This document shows positions 45,036-58,600 of a stretch of 64,000 bases of DNA, one piece after another. Origin of the DNA: Candidatus Spongiihabitans sp. (GTDB taxonomy: Bacteria; Pseudomonadota; Gammaproteobacteria; Arenicellales; Poriferihabitantaceae). Where the stretch lies: NCBI GenBank assembly GCA_965261335.1, contig OZ253450.1:892347-956346 (forward strand), in the 5' to 3' direction. The notes under the pieces were generated by a model. That model was not told where the DNA came from and did no database searches. It saw nothing but the letters and a program-made list of their open reading frames with translations. Positions within the stretch are counted from its first letter, which is position 1; each line of letters starts with the position of its first letter. A program made the position numbers and the translations under genes.

Positions 45036-46344
45036 GGGTTCTCCTGAGTTTCCTATGGGCAAAAGCCAAACAATGCTCAAAAATGTGTACAAATATATTT
45101 TTTATGGAGATATTCAAATGAAAGATACCGCATTGGTTACGTATCTTTTAGGGGCTTAGCGATCCATGGCGAATCACGGCTATTACGCCGAATTTGACCG
45201 ACAAATCAATGATCATCCAGATAGATTGGCTAAAGGGAACGAAAGGTGCGTGTAGTACCTGCAATGCCCTTTGTTCGGTTTACGACCACCGTGAGCAACG
45301 CACATGGCGACATTGATACGATGCAATTCAAGACGCGCTCGGTGCTTATGTTCTGCGTATTCATTGTAAAGAGCATGGAATCAAAAGCCTGAAAGAACTT
45401 ATGGTAGATACGCAAGCACGCTTTACGCATTTATTTGAGTGCTATTGATGTTTTATCGGCTTGCAGCAACAAAACACAAGCCGCAAAACTACTTGGACTG
45501 TCGTGGGATGAGGTGCATCATATTCAATCCCGAGCGGTGAAAAGGGGATGGACAGACGCTCTGTTGAGGAAGTGAAACATTGGCATCGATGAAAAAAGTT
45601 TCCGCAAGGGGCAATCTTATGTCAGCTTGCTGTACGATTTGAATGCGTCCAGAGTGCTTGAGGTCGTGGCAGATAGAACGACGGAATCGGCAACCACATT
45701 GTTGTCCACGCTTCCCGAGCAAAGACGCAATGAAATAGCGGCGGTTGCCGTGGATATGTGGGTTCCCTTTATGACGGTAGCTGGAGCAACTTTACCGAAC
45801 GTCGCCATTGTTCACGACAAGTTTCATATCGTCAGCTATCTTACAAAAATGGTTGACGAAGTCAGGCGTAAAGAAAATAAAACATTAAGAGCCGCTGGTA
45901 TCGATGATTTGGTCGGGTCTCGCTATACATGGTTACGCAATCCCAACAACTGGAGTGAAAAAGATAAAGCCACTTTTTCTTGCCTTCAATCAAAAGGGTT
46001 GAAGGTCGCCCGAGATTGGGCAATCAAAGAGACGCTGCTTGAGCTGTGGACTTACTGCGATGATAAGCCAGCCCAAACGTTCTTTAAGAAATGGTACTGG
46101 TGGGCGACACATTCATGCCTAAATCCGGTCATATCAGTCGCCAAGATGCTAAAAACCATCTCGATAACATAATGACCTACTTGAAACATCGCATCACCAA
46201 TGCGACCTCAGAAGGATTTAATTCAAAGATTCAGTCCATAAAATCAGCTGCCAGAGGATTCAGAAACCTCGAAAACTATCGCGTTTCAATTCTGTTTCAT
46301 TGTGGAAAACTTAATCTATACCCATAGGGTTGACAGAATAACCC
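45036..46344 (+). mobile_element. ISL3-family element, frameshifted transposase pseudogene
   Basis: GIDEKSFRKGQSY, VAVDMWVPF, IVHDKFHIV, TNATSEGFNSKIQSIK...GFRN; imperfect inverted ends GGGTTCTCCTGAGTTTCCTATGGG / CCCATAGGGTTGACAGAATAACCC. Confidence 0.9.
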
Positions 46345-46358
46345 AAAAAACCAACATC

Positions 46359-46386
46359 CGTCGTTCCTGCGAAAGCAGTAACCCAG
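46359..46386. repeat. Degenerate REP/dRS3-like palindromic element
   Basis: CGTCGTTCCTGCGAAAGCAGTAACCCAG resembles the GTCATTCCYGCGAAAGCRGGAATCCAG class of small palindromic repeats. Confidence 0.4.
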
Positions 46387-46463
46387 AAAAACACTCAAAC
46401 CCGCAAGGGTTTTCCACATGTAACACAACCTAGCGAGGGTTTCTTGCACAGACTCGAATAATG

Positions 46464-46481
46464 TCCCCGCTCAAGCGGGGA
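46464..46481. terminator. GC-rich hairpin, possible terminator downstream of the autotransporter
   Basis: TCCCCGC-TCAA-GCGGGGA; no convincing U-tract. Confidence 0.3.
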
Positions 46482-46655
46482 GCAGACCATCCAGTCAAAC
46501 AAATGTCCCTATCAAAACCAACCATCATTGTCCATTTACCGTCATTTTCAATTACCCATTGTTCCTCGCCTACGGTGGTAATCGGCACGAATGAAGCCAC
46601 ACTCCCGAGCGGTGACTACCCAGAAGCGAGGAATAACAGCACACTCGATAGGCGA

Positions 46656-49600
46656 TTAAAACTGAACCTTGCTTTCCAACAGAATTCTGTTGGAAGTGCC
46701 TCTAGTTTCGCGTTCAACCGATAAATTGATGTTGAATGCTGAATGACGTTTCCAGTTTATGCCTAACTCATAGTCCTTAGATTGTCCGCCTAGGGTGGCT
46801 TTGCTGTATGGAATCAACATGCCCCTGATACCCGAGACAGACAAACCATAATCCATTCGTGCATTTAAGCGCATAGCGTAGTCATTACTTGTGCCGTTAT
46901 TGCTCACGGATGTTTGATCCCGACCATACACTTGTTGCATTCTTATGTCAGTCGCACCGTAGGACGGATTAACACTAAACGACAAGCCTTGTTGATTGAC
47001 ATTCGGGGCTTTCTCAATCGTGCCGTGAATACCCCATTCTTGGTAATTATTCTGACCGACTACAGCATGTACCTTACCTTTAACGACCCAGCCATCAAGA
47101 TTATGGCGTATTCCAGCACCCAGTACCGCACCCAACCCAGACTCACCATCGCCGCTGTCATAGCGTAAGCCCGCTTCTAATACAGGTGTAATCGTGCCGC
47201 CTGATGCGAGCGTCCGTTGTCGCTCCGATTCTAAAACTAAACGTAGTCTTTGATTGTTGTCAACTTTGATTGTGTTCTCAACATCAGTACGCACCAGCGA
47301 GATGTCGCCTTTCAGGCTCAGCCCAGTCTGTGATAATTTACCCTTTACTCCGCCTGATAAGGAGAGCATGGAGACCTTGCTGGTCACATTCCCAGTGGAC
47401 ACCTCAGCCCGTCCCTGCCCATAACCGACACTACCCCATAATGACATATCGCCATTTGTCCATGCCATATAAGGGTGAACACCGGTCATGTTTTTGAGCT
47501 TATAGGCACCATCGGTTCTATTATCGGTGTAATCCGTCTTACCATTACCGAATGACACCAAACCACCGACCAATAAATCATCACGTATGCGACTATCAAT
47601 ACCGACCTGAAAGCCAACTAAACTGCCATTCCAATCAAGACCACCACTCTTACCGCTGAGTTTAGTGTAATCGCCACGACCCCAGAGGGTCATTCCTGAT
47701 TGTTCTGAATCAAGGTTGCCAGCCGTATTCAGTGGCAATACAAAAGATGAACGAGACAACATGGCTTTCCAGTCCATGCCGCCGTCTTTCAATGCTTTCG
47801 CATAATGCGGCAGTTTGTTCATCATCGAATCTTGCAGATTATCGCTACCATTCAATTGCACCGTCTGACCATCTAATTGGTAGCTGGCTAATTGCCGAGC
47901 ATCCGAGAAAGCAGCACCTACCCGACCTTCCACCGTACGAGCAACATTGGCAACAAGTGCCTGTGTGAAACGAGCGATAATTTGTCGGTGAAACTGTGTG
48001 CTATATCGGTCGACCCTGCCTAGAACAAAGGGTGAGAAACTGGTGGTTTCGCCAACAATGGTGTTCGGCGAATCTGGGTCAACAAAGCTTTTAAGCTCTG
48101 TCCACTTGTCGTTCGTGTAGTGGAATACGACAAGTTCCTCTGCCGATATATCACCTAATCTCTCTAGGTCAGCATCCGTATAGGACAGGCTTACTTTACA
48201 TGGACTATCGACAGAACAGGCATCGGGGACAGGGTAACCAAAGGCATCTGTAATCACTATATCAACAATCGCATTTTCCAGCAGATCGACTTTGACGACA
48301 GATGGCAAGTGCGAAATAAACTCAAAATAGTCCTTTGCCGTTTCAATATTCAGGGTATTGGAGGCTTTAGTTATAACATCATCCGCACTCGCACTCGTAG
48401 TAGTCGTGAATGCTCTAATAGTCACCGTAACGGTTTTCGATTCACCAAACGTCACACCCACACTTGTCGTACTACCATCACTCCTTTTAATCTTTCGTTT
48501 CACTGTATTGGTGAACTCCGGTATTTCCAGCGTGATGATAACGGCATCGGATAGGGGTGATGTGTTGCCATCGGCATCGGTTGCGGTTGCCGTGAATGTG
48601 TTGGCTCCTCCATCTAGCGTTACGATGATCGTCCAAGTACCACCCGTTGCGGTTTCGGTGCCAACAGAACTTCCGTTTTGGAGTACCTCAACAACGGAAC
48701 CCGCATCAGCGGTTCCAGTCAGCGTGAATGATGCTGTGTTGACCGTTTGTGGTGTGGTAATGATGCTTACACTCGGTGCGGTTGGTGTCGTTGGTGCCGC
48801 ATTAACGGTGATGGTGATGGTTCTACTATCCGTACCACCGCTATTAGTAGCGGTGATGACGTAGGTAATTAAATCTGCTTCCGCCGATGGCGTGCCCGAG
48901 ATGGCACCAGTGGCTGTGCTAAATGACAGTCCATTACCAATGGCTGGGGCGATACTGTAGCTCTCAACCGCACCGCCACTTGAAACGATGGTTATCTGCT
49001 GGATAGCAGTGCCCACGGTGGCAACCAGCGTATTGGGGCTGATACTGATACTCGGGACGGCTACGGGTCCAATACTGTCCAACGTGATGATAACGGCTCC
49101 AGATGTTCCTGTGTTGCCATTGCTATCGGTTGCCGTTGCCGTGAATGTGTTGGCTCCATCAGTCAGCCTTACAAGTAACGTCCAAGTGCCATTCGTTGTT
49201 GCGGTTTCGGTGCCAATAGAACCTCCGTTTTTGAATACCTCAACAGTGGAACCCGCCTCAGCGTTTCCAGTCAGCGTGAATGAGCCTGCGTTGACCGATT
49301 GTGGTGTGTTGGTAATGGATACACTCGGTGCGGTGCTGTCAATCGTCAATGTGAACCCGTTAGAAGCGGTGTTGCCATTGCCAGCAATATCCTGATCAAC
49401 ATCCGCACCAATAGACACGATGACGTTTCCGTCAGAGGTGGCTTCTACATTAAAGGTGTATGTTCTGCTATCAGCACTTGCGGAAAAGATGGTTACAGAA
49501 GGACTATCCAAGCTTGCCGTGCCTGTTACCGTAATATCGTTTGTATCAAAGCCACTAACCGCCTCTTCAAAGGTGGCTGTGTAGCTCAGAGCTCGGTCGC

Positions 49601-52600
49601 TTATTGTGTCACCATTACTTCCAGAAGTAGATGTGATGGTTACTCCGGGTCGGACAGTGTCCAGCGTGATGATAACGGCTCCAGATGTTCCTCTGTTGTC
49701 ATTGTCATCGGTTGCGGTTGCCGTTAATGTGTTGACTCCCTCCGTCAGCGTGACCGTGATTGTCCAAGAACCATTCGTTGCGGTTGTGGTGCCAATAGTA
49801 CCTCCGTTTTGGAATACCTCAACAGTGGAACCCGCATCAGCGCCACCAGTCAGCGTGAATGATTCTGTGTTGACCGATTGTGGTGTGTTGGTAGTGATGC
49901 TTACTGTAGGTGCAGTGCTGTCAATCGTCAATGAGTGGTTGTTAGAAGCGGTGTTACCATTGCCAGCACTATCTTGAGCAACCCCTGCGGCAATGGATAC
50001 GGTGACGCTTCCGTCAGAGATGGCTTCTACATTAAAGGTGTATGTTCTGCTATCAGTTGCGGAAAAGCCGGATATAACAGTAGCAGTAGCACTACCCGAG
50101 ATCGCCGTGCCTGTTACCGTAATATCGCCTTCATCAAAGCCATTAACTGCCTCAGTAAAGATGGCTGTGTAGCTCAGAGCTCGGTCGCTTATTGTGGCGC
50201 CATTACTTCCAGAAGTAGATGTGATGGTTACTCCGGGTCGGACAGTGTCCAGCGTGATGATAACGGCATCGGTTGCGTCTGATGTGTTGCCATTGTTATC
50301 GGTTGCCGTTGCCGTGAATGTGTTGGCTCCATCAGTCAGCGTTACCAGTAACGTCCAAGTACCACCCGTTGCGGTTTCGGTGCCAATAGAACCTCCGTTT
50401 TGGAATACCTCAACAGTGGAACCCGCCTCAGCGGTTCCAGTCAGCGTGAATGATTCTGTGTTGACCGTTTGTGGTGTGTTGGTAGTGATGCTTACTGTAG
50501 GTGCAGTGCTGTCAATCGTCAATGTGAACCCGTTAGAAGCGTCGTTGCCATTGCCAGCAATATCATGAGCAGCCTCTGCGGCAATGGATACGGTGACGCT
50601 TCCGTCAGTGGTGGCTTCTACATTAAAGGTGAATGTGCTGTTATCAGCACTTGCGGAAAAGCCGGATATAACAGTAGCAGTAGCACTACCCGAGATCGCC
50701 GTGCCTGTTACCGTAATATCGCCTTCATCAAAGCCATTAACTGCCTCAGTAAAGATGGCTGTGTAGCTCAGAGCTCGGTCGCTTATTGTGGCGCCATTAC
50801 TTCCAGAAGTAGATGTGATGGTTACTCCGGGTCGGTCAGTGTCCAGCGTGATGATAACGGCTCCAGATGTTCCTTTGTTGCCGATGGTATCGGTTGAGCT
50901 TGCCGTGAATGTGTTGACTCCTTCATCCAGCATGACGGGGAACGTCCAAGCAGTACTCGTTGCCGTTAGGGTGCCAATAGAACTTCCATCTTTGAGTACA
51001 TCAACAACGGAACCCGCATCAGCGGTTCCAGTCAGCGTGAATGAGGCTGCGTTGACCGTTTGTGGTGTGCTGGTGGTAATGAGTACACCCGGTGCCATGC
51101 TGTCAATCGTCAATGCGTAGTTGCTGGAAGCGATGTTACCATTGCCAGCACCATCATGAGCAACCCCTGCGGCAATGGATACGGTGACGTTTACGTCAGC
51201 GGGGGATATTGCATTAAAGGTGTATGTTCTGCTATCAGTTGCGTCAAAGCCTGATATAACAGTACCACTACCCGAGATCACCGTGTCTGTTACCGTAATA
51301 TCGCCTTCATCAAAGTCGCTAACTGCCTCACTAAAGATGGCTGTGTAGCTCAGAGTGCGGGTGTTTATTGTGGCGCCATTACTTCCAGAAGTAGATGTGA
51401 TGGTTACTCCGGGTCGGTCAGTGTCCAGCGTGATGATAACGGCTCCAGATGTTCCTTTGTTGCCGATGGTATCGGTTGAGCTTGCCGTGAATGTGTTAGC
51501 TCCTTCATCCAGCGTTACAAGTAACGTCCAAGTGCCATTCGTTGCGGTTGTGGTGCCAATAGTGCTTCCATCTTTGAGTACATCAACAGTGGAACCCGCA
51601 TCAGCGGTTCCAGTCAGCGTGAATGAGCCTGCGTTAACCGTTTGTGGTGTGCTGGTAATGATTACACTCGGTGCAGTCCTGTCAATCGTCAATGAGTGGT
51701 TCCCAGAAGCGGTGTTGCCATTGCCAGCAATATCCTGAGCAACATCCGCATCAATAGACACGATGACGTTTCCGTCAGAGGTGGCTTCTACATTAAAGGT
51801 GTATGTTCTGCTATCAGTTGCGGAAAAGCCGGATATAACAGTAGCAGTAGCACTACCCGAGATCGCCGTGCCTGTTACCGTAATATCGCCTTCATCAAAG
51901 CCATTAACTGCCTCAGTAAAGATGGCTGTGTAGCTCAGAGCTCGGTCGCTTATTGTGGCACCATCACCTCCAGAAGCAGATGAGATGGTTACTCCGGGTC
52001 GGACAGTGTCCAGCGTGATGATAACGGCTTCGGTTGCCTCTGATGTGTTGCCATTGTTATCGGTTGCCGTTGCCGTGAATGTGTTGGCTCCATCAGTCAG
52101 CGTTACCAGTAACGTCCAAGTACCACCCGTTGCGGTTGTGGTGCCAATAGTGCTTCCATCTTTGAGTACATCAACAGTGGAACCCGCCTCAGCGGTTCCA
52201 GTCAGCGTGAATGATTCTGTGTTGACCGTTTGTGGTGTGTTGGTAGTGATGCTTACTGTAGGTGCAGTGCTGTCAATCGTCAATGAGTGGTTGTTAGAAG
52301 CGGTGTTGCCATTGCCAGCACTATCTTGTGCAACCCCTGCGGCAATGGATACGATGACGTTTCCGTCAGTGGTGGCTTCTACATTAAAGGTGTATGTTCT
52401 GCTATCAGTTGCGGAAAAGCTGGATATAACAGTAGCAGTAGCACTACCCGAGATCGCCGTGCCTGTTACCGTAATATCGCCTTCATCAAAGCCACTAACT
52501 GCCTCACTAAAGATGGCTGTGTAGCTCAGAGTGCGGGTGTTTATTGTGGCGCCATTACTTCCAGAAGTAGATGTGATGGTTACTCCGGGTCGGTCAGTGT

Positions 52601-55600
52601 CCAGCGTGATGATAACGGCTCCAGATGTTCCTTTGTTGCCGATGGTATCGGTTGAGCTTGCCGTGAATGTGTTAGCTCCTTCATCCAGCGTTACAAGTAA
52701 CGTCCAAGTGCCATTCGTTGCGGTTGTGGTGCCAATAGTGCTTCCATCTTTGAGTACATCAACAGTGGAACCCGCATCAGCGGTTCCAGTCAGCGTGAAT
52801 GAGCCTGCGTTAACCGTTTGTGGTGTGCTGGTAATGATTACACTCGGTGCAGTGCTGTCAATCGTCAATGAGTGGTTCCCAGAAGCGGTGTTGCCATTGC
52901 CAGCAATATCCTGAGCAACATCCGCATCAATAGACACGATGACGTTTCCGTCAGAGGTGGCTTCTACATTAAAGGTGTATGTTCTGCTATCAGTTGCGGA
53001 AAAGCCGGATATAACAGTAGCAGTAGCACTACCCGAGATCGCCGTGCCTGTTACCGTAATATCGCCTTCATCAAAGCCACTAACTGCCTCACTAAAGATG
53101 GCTGTGTAGCTCAGAGTGCGGGTGTTTATTGTGGCGCCATTACTTCCAGAAGTAGATGTGATGGTTACTCCGGGTCGGTCAGTGTCCAGCGTGATGATAA
53201 CGGCTCCAGATGTTCCTTTGTTGCCGATGGTATCGGTTGAGCTTGCCGTGAATGTGTTAGCTCCTTCATCCAGCGTTACAAGTAACGTCCAAGTGCCATT
53301 CGTTGCGGTTATGGTGCCAATAGTGCTTCCATCTTTGAGTACATCAACAGTGGAACCCGCATCAGCGGTTCCAGTCAGCGTGAATAAGGCTGTGTTGACC
53401 GTTTGTGGTGTGCTGGTGGTAATCACTGGTCTGGGCGGTGGTGATGCTGCATTAACGGTGATGGTGATGGTTCTACTATCCGTACCACCGCTATTAGTAG
53501 CGGTGATGACGTAGGTAATTAAATCTGCTTCCGCCGATGGCGTGCCCGAGATGGCACCAGTGGCTGTGCTAAATGACAGTCCATTACCAATGGCTGGGGC
53601 GATACTGTAGCTCTCAACCGCACCGCCACTTGAAACGATGGTTATCTGCTGGATAGCAGTGCCCACGGTGGCAACCAGCGTATTGGGGCTGATACTGATA
53701 CTCGGGACGGCTACGGGTCCAATACTGTCCAGCGTGATGATAACGGCTCCAGATGCTCCTGTGTTACCATTGCTATCGGTTGCCGTTGCCGTGAATGTGT
53801 TGGCTCCATCAGTCAGCCTTACCAGTAACGTCCAAGTACCACCCGTTGCGGTTTCGGTGCCAATAGAACCTCCGTTTTTGAATACCTCAACAGTGGAACC
53901 CGCCTCAGCGTTTCCAGTCAGCGTGAATGAGCCTGCGTTGACCGATTGTGGTGTGTTGGTAATGGATACACTCGGTGCGGTGCTGTCAATCGTCAATGTG
54001 AACCCGTTAGAAGCGGTGTTGCCATTGCCAGCAATATCCTGAGCAACATCCGCATCAATAGACACTCTGACGTTTCCGTCAGAGGTGGCTTCTACATTAA
54101 AGGTGTATGTTCTGCTATCAGTTGCGGAAAAGCCGGATATAACAGTAGCAGTAGCACTACCCGAGATCGCCGTGCCTGTTACCGTAATATCGCCTTCATC
54201 AAAGCCATTAACTGCCTCAGTAAAGATGGCTGTGTAGCTCAGAGCTCGGTCGCTTATTGTGGCGCCATTACTTCCAGAAGTAGATGTGATGGTTACTCCG
54301 GGTCGGTCAGTGTCCAGCGTGATGATAACGGCTCCAGATGTTCCTTTGTTGCCGATGGTATCGGTTGAGCTTGCCGTGAATGTGTTGACTCCTTCATCCA
54401 GCATGACGGGGAACGTCCAAGCAGTACTCGTTGCCGTTAGGGTGCCAATAGAACTTCCATCTTTGAGTACATCAACAACGGAACCCGCATCAGCGGTTCC
54501 AGTCAGCGTGAATGAGGCTGCGTTGACCGTTTGTGGTGTGCTGGTGGTAATGAGTACACCCGGTGCCATGCTGTCAATCGTCAATGCGTAGTTGCTGGAA
54601 GCGATGTTACCATTGCCAGCACCATCATGAGCAACCCCTGCGGCAATGGATACGGTGACGTTTACGTCAGCGGGGGATATTGCATTAAAGGTGTATGTTC
54701 TGCTATCAGTTGCGTCAAAGCCTGATATAACAGTACCACTACCCGAGATCACCGTGTCTGTTACCGTAATATCGCCTTCATCAAAGTCGCTAACTGCCTC
54801 ACTAAAGATGGCTGTGTAGCTCAGAGTGCGGGTGTTTATTGTGGCGCCATTACTTCCAGAAGTAGATGTGATGGTTACTCCGGGTCGGTCAGTGTCCAGC
54901 GTGATGATAACGGCTCCAGATGTTCCTTTGTTGCCGATGGTATCGGTTGAGCTTGCCGTGAATGTGTTAGCTCCTTCATCCAGCGTTACAAGTAACGTCC
55001 AAGTGCCATTCGTTGCGGTTGTGGTGCCAATAGTGCTTCCATCTTTGAGTACATCAACAGTGGAACCCGCATCAGCGGTTCCAGTCAGCGTGAATGAGCC
55101 TGCGTTAACCGTTTGTGGTGTGCTGGTAATGATTACACTCGGTGCAGTCCTGTCAATCGTCAATGAGTGGTTCCCAGAAGCGGTGTTGCCATTGCCAGCA
55201 ATATCCTGAGCAACATCCGCATCAATAGACACGATGACGTTTCCGTCAGAGGTGGCTTCTACATTAAAGGTGTATGTTCTGCTATCAGTTGCGGAAAAGC
55301 CGGATATAACAGTAGCAGTAGCACTACCCGAGATCGCCGTGCCTGTTACCGTAATATCGCCTTCATCAAAGCCATTAACTGCCTCAGTAAAGATGGCTGT
55401 GTAGCTCAGAGCTCGGTCGCTTATTGTGGCACCATCACCTCCAGAAGCAGATGAGATGGTTACTCCGGGTCGGACAGTGTCCAGCGTGATGATAACGGCT
55501 TCGGTTGCCTCTGATGTGTTGCCATTGTTATCGGTTGCCGTTGCCGTGAATGTGTTGGCTCCATCAGTCAGCGTTACCAGTAACGTCCAAGTACCACCCG

Positions 55601-58600
55601 TTGCGGTTGTGGTGCCAATAGAACCTCCGTTTTGGAATACCTCAACAGTGGAACCCGCCTCAGCGGTTCCAGTCAGCGTGAATGATTCTGTGTTGACCGT
55701 TTGTGGTGTGTTGGTAGTGATGCTTACTGTAGGTGCAGTGCTGTCAATCGTCAATGAGTGGTTGTTAGAAGCGGTGTTGCCATTGCCAGCACTATCTTGT
55801 GCAACCCCTGCGGCAATGGATACGATGACGTTTCCGTCAGTGGTGGCTTCTACATTAAAGGTGTATGTTCTGCTATCAGTTGCGGAAAAGCTGGATATAA
55901 CAGTAGCAGTAGCACTACCCGAGATCGCCGTGCCTGTTACCGTAATATCGCCTTCATCAAAGCCACTAACTGCCTCACTAAAGATGGCTGTGTAGCTCAG
56001 AGTGCGGGTGTTTATTGTGGCGCCATTACTTCCAGAAGTAGATGTGATGGTTACTCCGGGTCGGTCAGTGTCCAGCGTGATGATAACGGCTCCAGATGTT
56101 CCTTTGTTGCCGATGGTATCGGTTGAGCTTGCCGTGAATGTGTTAGCTCCTTCATCCAGCGTTACAAGTAACGTCCAAGTGCCATTCGTTGCGGTTGTGG
56201 TGCCAATAGTGCTTCCATCTTTGAGTACATCAACAGTGGAACCCGCATCAGCGGTTCCAGTCAGCGTGAATGAGCCTGCGTTAACCGTTTGTGGTGTGCT
56301 GGTAATGATTACACTCGGTGCAGTGCTGTCAATCGTCAATGAGTGGTTCCCAGAAGCGGTGTTGCCATTGCCAGCAATATCCTGAGCAACATCCGCATCA
56401 ATAGACACGATGACGTTTCCGTCAGAGGTGGCTTCTACATTAAAGGTGTATGTTCTGCTATCAGTTGCGGAAAAGCCGGATATAACAGTAGCAGTAGCAC
56501 TACCCGAGATCGCCGTGCCTGTTACCGTAATATCGCCTTCATCAAAGCCACTAACTGCCTCACTAAAGATGGCTGTGTAGCTCAGAGTGCGGGTGTTTAT
56601 TGTGGCGCCATTACTTCCAGAAGTAGATGTGATGGTTACTCCGGGTCGGTCAGTGTCCAGCGTGATGATAACGGCTCCAGATGTTCCTTTGTTGCCGATG
56701 GTATCGGTTGAGCTTGCCGTGAATGTGTTAGCTCCTTCATCCAGCGTTACAAGTAACGTCCAAGTGCCATTCGTTGCGGTTGTGGTGCCAATAGTGCTTC
56801 CATCTTTGAGTACATCAACAGTGGAACCCGCATCAGCGGTTCCAGTCAGCGTGAATGAGCCTGCGTTAACCGTTTGTGGTGTGCTGGTAATGATTACACT
56901 CGGTGCAGTGCTGTCAATCGTCAATGAGTGGTTCCCAGAAGCGGTGTTGCCATTGCCAGCAATATCCTGAGCAACATCCGCATCAATAGACACGATGACG
57001 TTTCCGTCAGAGGTGGCTTCTACATTAAAGGTGTATGTTCTGCTATCAGTTGCGGAAAAGCCGGATATAACAGTAGCAGTAGCACTACCCGAGATCGCCG
57101 TGCCTGTTACCGTAATATCGCCTTCATCAAAGCCATTAACTGCCTCATCAAAGATGGCTGTGTAGCTCAGAGTGCGGGTGTTTGCTGTGCCACCATCACC
57201 TCCAGAAGTAGATGTGATGGTTACTCCGGGTCGGTCAGTGTCCAGCGTGATGATAACGGCATCGGTTGCGTCTGATGTGTTGCCATTGTTATCGGTTGCC
57301 GTTGCCGTGAATGTGTTAGCTCCTTCATCCAGCGTTACAAGTAACGTCCAAGTGCCATTCGTTGCGGTTGTGGTGCCAATAGTGCTTCCATCTTTGAGTA
57401 CATCAACAGTGGAACCCGCATCAGCGGTTCCAGTCAGCGTGAATGAGCCTGCGTTAACCGTTTGTGGTGTGCTGGTAATGATTACACTCGGTGCGGTGCG
57501 GTCAATCGTCAATGTGAACCCGTTAGAAGCGGTGTTGCCATTGCCAGCAATATCCTGAGCAACATCCGCATCAATAGACACTCTGACGTTTCCGTCAGTG
57601 GTGGCTTCTACATTAAAGGTGAATGTGCTGTTATCAGCACTTGCGGAAAAGCCGGATATAACAGTAGCAGTAGCACTACCCGAGATCGCCGTGCCTGTTA
57701 CCGTAATATCGCCTTCATCAAAGCCACTAACCGCCTCTTCAAAGGTGGCTGTGTAGCTCAGAGCTCGGTCGCTTATTGTGTCACCATTACTTCCAGAAGT
57801 AGATGTGATGGTTACTCCGGGTCGGACAGTGTCCAGCGTGATGATAACGGCTCCAGATGTTCCTCTGTTGTCATTGTCATCGGTTGCGGTTGCCGTTAAT
57901 GTGTTGACTCCCTCCGTCAGCGTGACCGTGATTGTCCAAGAACCATTCGTTGCGGTTGTGGTGCCAATAGTACCTCCGTTTTGGAATACCTCAACAGTGG
58001 AACCCGCATCAGCGCCACCAGTCAGCGTGAATGATTCTGTGTTGACCGATTGTGGTGTGTTGGTAGTGATGCTTACTGTAGGTGCAGTGCTGTCAATCGT
58101 CAATGAGTGGTTGTTAGAAGCGGTGTTACCATTGCCAGCAATATCATGAGCGGACTCTGCGGCAATGGATACGGTGACGCTTCCGTCAACGGTGGTTACT
58201 ACATTAAAGGTGAATGTGCTGTTATCAGCACTTGCGGAAAAGCCGGATATAACAGTAGCAGTAGCACTACCCGAGATCGCCGTGCCTGTTACCGTAATAT
58301 CGCCTTCATTAAAGCCACTAACTGCCTCAGTAAAGATGGCTGTGTAGCTCAGAGTGCGGGTGTTTGCTGTGCCACCATCATCTCCAGAAGCAGATGAGAT
58401 GAGTACGGTCGGTGGAGTACTGTCCAGCGTGATGATAACCTCACCAGATGTTCCTGTGTTGTCATTGTCATCGGTTGCGGTTGCCGTGAATGTGTTGACT
58501 CCCTCCGTCAGCGTGACGGTGATTGTCCAAGCACCATTCGCTGTTGCGGTTGTGGTGCCAATAGAACCTCCGTTTTGGAATACCTCAACAGTGGAACCCG

